Assembly (NCBI GenBank): GCA_964016885.1
Contig: OZ024744.1
Coordinates: 126,170,001 to 126,234,000 of the forward strand
Direction of reading: 5' to 3'
DNA from: Eledone cirrhosa
Taxonomy: Eukaryota
Length of the DNA: 64,000 bases
Position numbers and translations under genes: made by a program. Shown here piece by piece: positions 11,101-21,400 of this stretch. The notes beneath the pieces are model-generated. The model did no database searches. It was given only the letters and a program-made list of their open reading frames with translations, and was not told where the DNA came from. Positions within the stretch are counted from its first letter, which is position 1. The number at the start of each line of letters is the position of its first letter.

Positions 11101-14100
11101 GTTTGTCTGGAAGTGGCGATCCATGCCCGGTGGATAGTTGGTTCCGGGTTTTACTATGATTGTTGCAAAACAGAAACTTAAAGGGATTGACAGAATTTGC
11201 GATTCCAGAGAGAGGGCGATCCGTCTGCTTGATTCCGATAACGAACGAGACATTCGTATCCGAAAGAACGTTTGTCTGGAAACTGGTGAGTCAGTGAGTC
11301 GAAAAAAAAATATCTCGGTGGTAGTAGCAAATATTCGAACGAGACATTCGTATGCGAAAGAACGTTTGTCGGTGGTAGTAGCAAATATTCGAACGAGACA
11401 TTCGTATGCGAAAGAACGTTTGTCTGGAAGTGGCGATCCATGCCCGGTGGATAGTTGGTTCCGGGTTTTACTATGATTGTTGCAAAACAGAAACTTAAAG
11501 GGATTGACAGAATTTGCGATTCCGGAGAGGGGGCGATCCGTCTGCTTGATTCCGATAACGAACGAGACATTCGTATCCGAAAGAACGTTTGTCTGGAAAC
11601 TGGTGAGTCAGTGAGTCGAAAAAAAAAATATCTCGGTGGTAGTAGCAAATATTCGAACGAGACATTCGTATGCGAAAGAACGTTTGTCGGTGGTAGTAGC
11701 AAATATTCGAACGAGACATTCGTATGCGAAAGAACGTTTGTCTGGAAGTGGCGATCCATGCCCGGTGGATAGTTGGTTCCGGGTTTTACTATGATTGTTG
11801 CAAAACAGAAACTTAAAGGGATTGACAGAATTTGCGATTCCGGAGAGGGGGCGATCCGTCTGCTTGATTCCGATAACGAACGAGACATTCGTATCCGAAA
11901 GAACGTTTGTCTGGAAACTGGTGAGTCAGTGAGTCGAAAAAAAAAATATCTCGGTGGTAGTAGCAAATATTCGAACGAGACATTCGTATGCGAAAGAAAA
12001 ATATCTCGGTGGTAGTAGCAAATATTCGAACGAGACATTCGTATGCGAAAGAACGTTTGTCTGGAAGTGGCGATCCATGCCCGGTGGATAGTTGGTTCCG
12101 GGTTTTACTATGATTGTTGCAAAACAGAAACTTAAAGGGATTGACAGAATTTGCGATTCCGGAGAGGGGGCGATCCGTCTGCTTGATTCCGATAACGAAC
12201 GAGACATTCGTATCCGAAAGAACGTTTGTCTGGAAACTGGTGAGTCAGTGAGTCGAAAAAAAAAATATCTCGGTGGTAGTAGCAAATATTCGAACGAGAC
12301 ATTCGTATGCGAAAGAACGTTTGTCGGTGGTAGTAGCAAATATTCGAACGAGACATTCGTATGCGAAAGAACGTTTGTCGGTGGTAGTAGCAAATATTCG
12401 AACGAGACATTCGTATGCGAAAGAACGTTTGTCTGGAAGTGGCGATCCATGCCCGGTGGATAGTTGGTTCCGGGTTTTACTATGATTGTTGCAAAACAGA
12501 AACTTAAAGGGATTGACAGAATTTGCCATTCCGGAGAGGGGGCGATCCGTCTGCTTGATTCCGATAACGAACGAGACATTCGTATCCGAAAGAACGTTTG
12601 TCTGGAAACTGGTGAGTCAGTGAGTCGAAAAAAAAATATCTCGGTGGTAGTAGCAAATATTCGAACGAGACATTCGTATGCGAAAGAACGTTTGTCTGGA
12701 AGTGGCGATCCATGCTCGGTGGATAGTTGGTTCCGGGTTTTACTATGATTGTTGCAAAACAGAAACTTAAAGGGATTGACAGAATTTGCGATTCCGGAGA
12801 GGGGGCGATCCGTCTGCTTGATTCCGATAACGAACGAGACATTCGTATCCGAAAGAACGTTTGTCTGGAAACTGGTGAGTCAGTGAGTCGAAAAAAAAAT
12901 ATCTCGGTGGTAGTAGCAAATATTCGTATGCGAAAGAAAAGATCTCGGTGGTAGTAGCAAATATTCGAACGAGACATTCGTAGGCGAAAGAAAAATATCT
13001 CGGTGGTAGTAGCAAATATTCGAACGAGACATTCGTATTCGAAAGAACGTTTGTCTGGAAGTTGCGATCCATGCCCGGTGGATAGTTGGTTCCGGGCTTT
13101 ACTATGATTGTTGCAAAACAGAAACTTAAAGGGATTGACAGAATTTGCGATTCCGGAGAGGGGGCGATCCGTCTGCTTGATTTCGATAACGAACGAGACA
13201 TTCGTATCCGAAAGAACGTTTGTCTGGAAACTGGTGAGTCAGTGAGTCGAAAAAAAAAATATCTCGGTGGTAGTAGCAAATATTCGAACGAGACATTCGT
13301 ATGCGAAAGAACGTTTGTCGGTGGTAGTAGCAAATATTCGAACGAGACATTCGTATGCGAAAGAACGTTTGTCGGTGGTAGTAGCAAATATTCGAACGAG
13401 ACATTCGTATGCGAAAGAACGTTTGTCTGGAAGTGGCGATCCATGCCCGGTGGATAGTTGGTTCCGGGTTTTACTATGATTGTTGCAAAACAGAAACTTA
13501 AAGGGATTGACAGAATTTGCGATTCCAGAGAGAGGGCGATCCGTCTGCTTGATTCCGATAACGAACGAGACATTCGTATCCGAAAGAACGTTTGTCTGGA
13601 AACTGGTGAGTCAGTGAGTCGAAAAAAAAATATCTCGGTGGTAGTAGCAAATATTCGAACGAGACATTCGTATGCGAAAGAACGTTTGTCGGTGGTAGTA
13701 GCAAATATTCGAACGAGACATTCGTATGCGAAAGAACGTTTGTCTGGAAGTGGCGATCCATGCCCGGTGGATAGTTGGTTCCGGGTTTTACTATGATTGT
13801 TGCAAAACAGAAACTTAAAGGGATTGACAGAATTTGCGATTCCGGAGAGGGGGCGATCCGTCTGCTTGATTCCGATAACGAACGAGACATTCGTATCCGA
13901 AAGAACGTTTGTCTGGAAACTGGTGAGTCAGTGAGTCGAAAAAAAAAATATCTCGGTGGTAGTAGCAAATATTCGAACGAGACATTCGTATGCGAAAGAA
14001 AAATATCTCGGTGGTAGTAGCAAATATTCGAACGAGACATTCGTATGCGAAAGAACGTTTGTCTGGAAGTGGCGATCCATGCCCGGTGGATAGTTGGTTC

Positions 14101-16458
14101 CGGGTTTTACTATGATTGTTGCAAAACAGAAACTTAAAGGGATTGACAGAATTTGCGATTCCGGAGAGGGGGCGATCCGTCTGCTTGATTCCGATAACGA
14201 ACGAGACATTCGTATCCGAAAGAACGTTTGTCTGGAAACTGGTGAGTCAGTGAGTCGAAAAAAAAAATATCTCGGTGGTAGTAGCAAATATTCGAACGAG
14301 ACATTCGTATGCGAAAGAACGTTTGTCGGTGGTAGTAGCAAATATTCGAACGAGACATTCGTATGCGAAAGAACGTTTGTCGGTGGTAGTAGCAAATATT
14401 CGAACGAGACATTCGTATGCGAAAGAACGTTTGTCTGGAAGTGGCGATCCATGCCCGGTGGATAGTTGGTTCCGGGTTTTACTATGATTGTTGCAAAACA
14501 GAAACTTAAAGGGATTGACAGAATTTGCGATTCCGGAGAGAGGGCGATCCGTCTGCTTGATTCCGATAACGAACGAGACATTCGTATCCGAGAGAACGTT
14601 TGTCTGGAAACTGGTGAGTCAGTGAGTCGAAAAAAAAATATCTCGGTGGTAGTAGCAAATATTCGAACGAGACATTCGTATGCGAAAGAAAAATATCTCG
14701 GTGGTAGTAGCAAATATTCGAACGAGACATTCGTATGCGAAAGAACGTTTGTCTGGAAGTGGCGATCCATGCCCGGTGGATAGTTGGTTCCGGGTTTTAC
14801 TATGATTGTTGCAAAACAGAAACTTAAAGGGATTGACAGAATTTGCCATTCCGGAGAGGGGGCGATCCGTCTGCTTGATTCCGATAACGAACGAGACATT
14901 CGTATCCGAAAGAACGTTTGTCTGGAAACTGGTGAGTCAGTGAGTCGAAAAAAAAATATCTCGGTGGTAGTAGCAAATATTCGAACGAGACATTCGTATG
15001 CGAAAGAACGTTTGTCTGGAAGTGGCGATCCATGCTCGGTGGATAGTTGGTTCCGGGTTTTACTATGATTGTTGCAAAACAGAAACTTAAAGGGATTGAC
15101 AGAATTTGCGATTCCGGAGAGGGGGCGATCCGTCTGCTTGATTCCGATAACGAACGAGACATTCGTATCCGAAAGAACGTTTGTCTGGAAACTGGTGAGT
15201 CAGTGAGTCGAAAAAAAAATATCTCGGTGGTAGTAGCAAATATTCGTATGCGAAAGAAAAGATCTCGGTGGTAGTAGCAAATATTCGAACGAGACATTCG
15301 TAGGCGAAAGAAAAATATCTCGGTGGTAGTAGCAAATATTCGAACGAGACATTCGTATTCGAAAGAACGTTTGTCTGGAAGTTGCGATCCATGCCCGGTG
15401 GATAGTTGGTTCCGGGCTTTACTATGATTGTTGCAAAACAGAAACTTAAAGGGATTGACAGAATTTGCGATTCCGGAGAGGGGGCGATCCGTCTGCTTGA
15501 TTTCGATAACGAACGAGACATTCGTATCCGAAAGAACGTTTGTCTGGAAACTGGTGAGTCAGTGAGTCGAAAAAAAAAATATCTCGGTGGTAGTAGCAAA
15601 TATTCGAACGAGACATTCGTATGCGAAAGAACGTTTGTCGGTGGTAGTAGCAAATATTCGAACGAGACATTCGTATGCGAAAGAACGTTTGTCGGTGGTA
15701 GTAGCAAATATTCGAACGAGACATTCGTATGCGAAAGAACGTTTGTCTGGAAGTGGCGATCCATGCCCGGTGGATAGTTGGTTCCGGGTTTTACTATGAT
15801 TGTTGCAAAACAGAAACTTAAAGGGATTGACAGAATTTGCGATTCCAGAGAGAGGGCGATCCGTCTGCTTGATTCCGATAACGAACGAGACATTCGTATC
15901 CGAAAGAACGTTTGTCTGGAAACTGGTGAGTCAGTGAGTCGAAAAAAAAATATCTCGGTGGTAGTAGCAAATATTCGAACGAGACATTCGTATGCGAAAG
16001 AACGTTTGTCTGGAAGTGGCGATCCATGCTCGGTGGATAGTTGGTTCCGGGTTTTACTATGATTGTTGCAAAACAGAAACTTAAAGGGATTGACAGAATT
16101 TGCGATTCCGGAGAGGGGGCGATCCGTCTGCTTGATTCCGATAACGAACGAGACATTCGTATCCGAAAGAACGTTTGTCTGGAAACTGGTGAGTCAGTGA
16201 GTCGAAAAAAAAATATCTCGGTGGTAGTAGCAAATATTCGTATGCGAAAGAAAAGATCTCGGTGGTAGTAGCAAATATTCGAACGAGACATTCGTATGCG
16301 AAAGAAAAATATCTCGGTGGTAGTAGCAAATATTCGAACGAGACATTCGTATTCGAAAGAACGTTTGTCTGGAAGTTGCGATCCATGCCCGGTGGATAGT
16401 TGGTTCCGGGCTTTACTATGATTGTTGCAAAACAGAAACTTAAAGGAATTGACAGAAT
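8180..16458 (+). repeat. rRNA-mosaic satellite: 24 monomers of 263-459 bp (mode 317-319) with a variable-copy 54-bp subrepeat
   Basis: Each monomer holds 18S-like gattccggagagggggc, gtctgcttgattccgataacgaacgagac and gttccggg..gttgcaaaacagaaacttaaagggattgacagaa, plus 28S-like atctcggtggtagtagcaaatattcgaacgaga..gaagtggcgatccatg. Confidence 0.92.
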
Positions 16459-16494
16459 TTTCGAATCGACATCAACTCGGCTACGGCTATCCCG

Positions 16495-16830
16495 TCGAGT
16501 ACGAGAGTATCGCGGGATCAGAGCAACGGTTTGCTAGGCTGCCTCTGAGCGATAACGGCTGAACGCCTCCTCTAAGCCGGAACCCTAGCCGGACCCGAGT
16601 TGTTTTTCGACAAGCGTCTCGACCTTCTTAAGGCCCATGCCTTAGTTTGGCGATTGCCGTCCGTTCGCCGACGGCGGCAGCGTCAGCGGAAATGCCATTC
16701 TGTGACGACTACGACGATTCGTCGTCGTCGTCGTCCATTCGATTTCCTGAAAGAGATAGAGACTAAAGTGATCAAATTGTTCGGAGTTACGTGCTTAGTA
16801 GAGCAGCTACCACACTGCAATCTATTGAGA
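16495..16830 (+). pseudogene. 28S rRNA 3' terminal fragment (diverged)
   Basis: agtacgagag (sarcin-ricin loop core, 16498-16507), ctgaacgcctcctctaagccggaaccc (canonical CTGAACGCCTCTAAGTCAGAATCC) and tagtagagcagctaccacactgcaatctattga (canonical TAGCAGAGCAGCTCCCTCGCTGCGATCTATTGA). Confidence 0.85.
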
Positions 16831-17230
16831 GTTTTCTGACGAACGATACAATCCGCCCACGTGGCGCCAGAAAGGGAGAAGAAAAGAAAAGTTAGACGCC
16901 GCCGATCGATCGGTTCGTTGTTTTACGTGTACACAGCTTGTGTGTGTGTCTGTATGTGATACAAGCCGCCTATCCGTCTTCCAAGTAAGTTTTGTGTGTA
17001 GACTGCGGAAAGAAATCCAATCCGCCGTCTAGGCGGTTCTGCCGCCGACCCATACTTTTGCGAGTCGCTCCCGGGAAAGACAGGCGGCAAGACGGCGTGT
17101 ATACACGACGCCTTCCGTCTTCCGCCTCGAACCCGGGCAAACGTTCCTTTATTCGTCCACGCCTTCCCGCTTCGATCGCGAGAAAGTAATCAATCTGTTT
17201 TGTGTGTGTGTCTGTGTGTGATACAAATTT
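16831..17230 (+). other. 3'ETS-like CpG-rich region
   Basis: Immediately follows the 28S 3' end. Composition shifts to AT-rich after ~17230. Confidence 0.4.
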
Positions 17231-17709
17231 GTTTTCTTAATTTGATAACCATGAATTGTTTCAACACCGGCCCTTTTAAGGGCCACTTATATTTTCAATA
17301 ATCAGTTTAAATGGGTTGCACCGTAGCCACTTGGTAATACACTGCAAATCTCCCGTCAATCTATGAAGGTTTTGTAGTAGATTAGATCAAAACACAATCA
17401 GCAAGACAGTAATGGAATGAATAATATAAACATTTGTTTATAATTAAAGCCTTAAGATGTCCCTCCCTCCCTCCCTTCCTCCCTTCCTTCCTTCCTTCCT
17501 TCCTTCCTTACGATATACACTTTAATAACATTGAAACTTATTTAATAAGTTTAAATTTTAAACACTTTTTATTCAGACGTACCGCGATAAGTAACTAGAT
17601 ATGTTCTAACGAATAATCCGCGATGTGGCGAGGATTACCGCGATAGGAAATTAGATACGTTCCAAAGAAATATCCGCGAAAAGTGAACCGCGATATAGCG
17701 GGTTCACCA

Positions 17710-17772
17710 GCCAGTGTATTACTGGTACTTTATTTTATCGACCCCCATAAGGATGAAAGGCAAAGTTAACTG
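17710..17772 (-). mobile_element. SINE central-domain fragment
   Basis: ccagtgtattactggtactttattttatcgacccccataaggatgaaaggcaaagttaac is the reverse complement of the SINE at 30690-30810. Confidence 0.75.
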
Positions 17773-17865
17773 TGCAATAACAAAGGGAGATAACCTCGTC
17801 TTTTTTTTTTTACGGAGTTATTTCCCTTTAAATTTTATCTATTACTTATGATGATACAATTTAAT

Positions 17866-17998
17866 CAGTTCTTAGCTGTCGAGACACTGCATCCTTTAAA
17901 ACCTCCATGGAACAAGCTACCTGCAACAGTTGTTAGCTGTCGAGACACTGCATCTTTTAAAACCTCCATGGAACAAACTACCTGCATCAGTTGTTAGG
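17866..17998 (+). repeat. Tandem ~65-bp duplication derived from the CR1 ORF2 3' end
   Basis: catggaacaaactacctgcatcagttgttagctgtcgagacactgcatcctttaa matches the reverse complement of ~33175-33235 (WNKLPASIVSCRDTASFK). Confidence 0.8.
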
Positions 17999-18056
17999 GT
18001 CTGAGTTCAAATCACGCCGAGGAGGTTAACTTTGCCTTTCATCCTTACGGGGTCGG
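17998..18056 (+). mobile_element. SINE fragment
   Basis: ggtctgagttcaaatcacgccgaggaggttaactttgcctttcatccttacggggtcg is nearly identical to 30695-30748. Confidence 0.8.
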
Positions 18057-18265
18057 TCGGAAAACGAACCATTCCCGGTTCGCTTTCGAAGCGGGTTTCC
18101 GAAAACAGCGCTTCTCTCGACCGGGCCCGTCGTCCGCTCGGCGGTGGTTTTCATCGTCCCAGGCACGGCTAACAGGCGGAGACGGGACAAACGCGCGTGT
18201 TCCTTTTTTTATCAGCCGCAGCGCCGTTCGTATATATGCTTAGGTTGTTTTTTTTTTAAATATCC

Positions 18266-18496
18266 TAAGTTAAGTTGGGGCTAAGTTAAGTTGGGGCTAA
18301 GTTAAGTTGAGGTTAAGTTGAGTTGGGGTTAAGTTAAGTGGGGGTTAAGTTAAGCTGGGGTTAAGTTAAGTTGAGGTTAAGTTAAGTTGGGGTTAAGTCA
18401 AGTTGGGGTTAAGTTAAGTTGGGGTTAAGTTAGGTTGGGGTTAAGTTAGGTTGGGGTTAAGTTAAGTTGGGGTTAAGTTAGGTTGCGGTTAAGTTA
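18266..18496 (+). repeat. 16-bp G-rich tandem repeat (GGGGTTAAGTTAAGTT)n, ~14 copies
   Basis: Seen directly. Strongly strand-biased (G/T-rich on +). Confidence 0.93.
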
Positions 18497-21400
18497 CATT
18501 CGCCGCCGGACTTCAGCTTCCTCATTTAGCATGGGCAGTTTTTCTTGAAAATCACACCACACACAGCAAATGTGTGTCCGCACATGTACCAGTAATTACA
18601 GATCGATTCCGGTGAAAATTCACTGAAAACGGGCCATCCGGCCCTGTGCGTCGATCGTGGGCCGGCCGGATGTTGACGGATCGATGTGTAATTAGAAGTA
18701 CATGTGCGGACACTCATTGGCTGTGCGTGGTATGCATTTCAGCAAGATATCTCCGTAACATCAAGAGTTATGGCTGTGGAGGCACACCTAGTCAAACGTA
18801 AACAAGGTCTGGAGCGTTTACGCTTCGCGATTTTGTTTACGTTTGACTAGGTGTGCCTCCACAGCCACAACTCTTGATGTTACGGAGATATCTTGCTGAA
18901 ATGCATACCACGCACAGCCAATGAGTGTCCGCACATGTACTTCTAATTACACATCGATCCGTCAACATCCGGCCGGCCCACGATCGACGCACAGGGCCGG
19001 ATGGCCCGTTTTCAGTGAATTTTCACCGGAATCGATCTGTAATTACTGGTACATGTGCGGAGACACATTTGCTGTGTGTGGTGTGATTTTCAAGAAAAAC
19101 TGCCCATGCTAAATGAGGAAGCTGAAGTCCGCCGGCGAATGGTGTGCTTCGAAGAAAACTAATTCGAAAATGACCGTTTGCAGGCGGAGTAACCTTTTCG
19201 ATCGTGGGCCAGCCGCCCGTGGTGGGATCCATCTGTAATTACTGGTACATGTGCGGACATACATTTGCTGTGTGTGGTGTGATTTTCAAGAAGAACTGCC
19301 CATGCTAAATGAGGAAGCTGAAGTCCGCCGGCGAATGGTGTGCTTCGAAGAAAACTAATTCGAAAATGACCGTTTGCAGGCGGGGTAACCTTTTCGATCG
19401 TGGGCCAGCCGCCCGTGGTGGGATCCATCTGTAATTACTGGTACATGTGCGGACACACATTTGCTGTGTGTGGTGTGATTTTCGAGAAAGACTGCCCATG
19501 CTAAATGAGGAAGCTGAAGTCCGCCGGCGAATGGTGTGCTTCGAAGAAAACTAATTCGAAAATGACTATTTGCCGGCGGAATCACCTTTTCGGTCCTGGT
19601 CCGGCCGGATGTTGCCGGATCGATCGGAAATTTGTGGACCATGTTCGGAAGGCCATTGTGCATGTGTGGTGAAAAAAATTTGTGTCGAAATCTTCTCGGA
19701 AAATAACGGATCGCCGGCGGAGATTGCCATTTCGATCGTGGGCCGGCCGGATCTTGTCGGATCGATTCGGACATATGTGCATCGTGTTCGCAAGGCCCTT
19801 GTCTATGTGTGGTGTGATTTTCATAAAGAAATTCCGAAAAACCCAGTTTTAAATCTGATTTCGCCAAAGAATTTTGGCTATCAGATCGGGTTGAAAGGTA
19901 TGGTTTCAGGTCGATCTGAAAGTCTAAAATGGAATTCACTCGGTTAGCTAACTATTGATATATCGGAGATATCTTTCTGAAAATCACACCACACACTCCC
20001 AATGAGTGTCTGCACATGTACCAGTAATTACAGATGGATCCCACCACGGGCGGCCGGCCCACGATCGAAAAGGTTACTCCGAAGCACACCATTCGCCGGC
20101 GGAATTCATTTAGCATGGGCAGTTTTTCTCGAAAATCACACCACACACAGCCAATGAGTGTCCGCACATGTACCAGTAATTACAGATGGATCCCACCACG
20201 GGCGGCTGGCCCACGATCGAAAAGGTTACTCCGCCTGCAAACGGTCATTTTCGAATTCGTTTTCTTCGAAGCACACGATTCGCCGGCGGACTTCAGCTGC
20301 CTCATTTAGCATGGGCAGTTTTTCTCGAAAATCACACCACACACAGCAAATGTGTGTCCGCACATGTACCAGTAATTACAGATCGATTCCGGTGAAAATT
20401 CACTGAAAACGGGCCATTCGGCCCTGTGCGTCGATCGTGGGCCGGCCGGATGTTGACGGATCGATGTGTAATTAGAAGTACATGTGCGGACACTCATTGG
20501 CTGTGCGTGGTATGCATTTCAGCAAGATATCTCCGTAACATCAAGAGTTATGGCTGTGGAGGCACACCTAGTCAAACGTAAACAAGCTCTGGAGCGTATA
20601 CGCTTCGCGATTTTGTTTACGTTTGACTAGGTGTGCCTCCACAGCCACAACTCTTGATGTTACGGAGATATCTTGCTGAAATGCATACCACGCACAGCCA
20701 ATGAGTGTCCGCACATGTACTTCTAATTACACATCGATCCGTCAACATCCGGCCGGCCCACGATCGACGCACAGGGCCGGATGGCCCGTTTGCAGTGAAT
20801 TTTCACCGGAATCGATCTGTAATTACTGGTACATGTGCGGACACACATTTGCTGTGTGTGGTGTGATTTTCACGAAAAACTGCCCATGCTAAATGAGGAA
20901 GCTGAAGTCCGCCGGCGAATGGTGTGCTTCGAAGAAAACTAATTCGAAAATGACCGTTTGCAGGCGGAGTAACCTTTTCGATCGTGGGCCAGCCGCCCGT
21001 GGTGGGATCCATCTGTAATTACTGGTACATGTGCGGACACACATTTGCTGTGTGTGGTGTGATTTTCGAGAAAGACTGCCCATGCTAAATGAGGAAGCTG
21101 AAGTCCGCCGGCGAATGGTGTGCTTCGAAGAAAACTAATTCGAAAATGACTATTTGCCGGCGGAATCACCTTTTCGGTCCTGGTCCGGCCGGATGTTGCC
21201 GGATCGATCGGAAATTTGTGGACCATGTTCGGAAGGCCATTGTGCATGTGTGGTGAAAAAAATTTGTGTCGAAATCTTCTCGGAAAATAACGGATCGCCG
21301 GCGGAGATTGCCATTTCGATCGTGGGCCGGCCGGATCTTGTCGGATCGATTCGGACATATGTGCATCGTGTTCGCAAGGCCCTTGTCTATGTGTGGTGTG

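Noticed and set aside
8041-16386. Many ORFs up to 463 aa in the mosaic array
   Set aside because: They are by-products of tandem repetition, their frames shift with A-tract length, and they contain no recognisable domain.
8180-16458. CRISPR-like appearance of repeated ggtggtagtagcaaatattcg units
   Set aside because: Intervening sequences are themselves repeated rather than unique spacers, there are no cas genes, the context is eukaryotic, and the repeat is 28S-derived.
7991-16830. Functional 18S/5.8S/28S rRNA genes
   Set aside because: Only termini and scrambled fragments are present. No 5.8S was found and invariant positions such as the sarcin-ricin loop are mutated.
17580-17710. Possible Tigger/pogo-type TIR remnant (aaccgcgatatagcggg)
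   Set aside because: No partner TIR or target duplication was found, so it is too weak to call.
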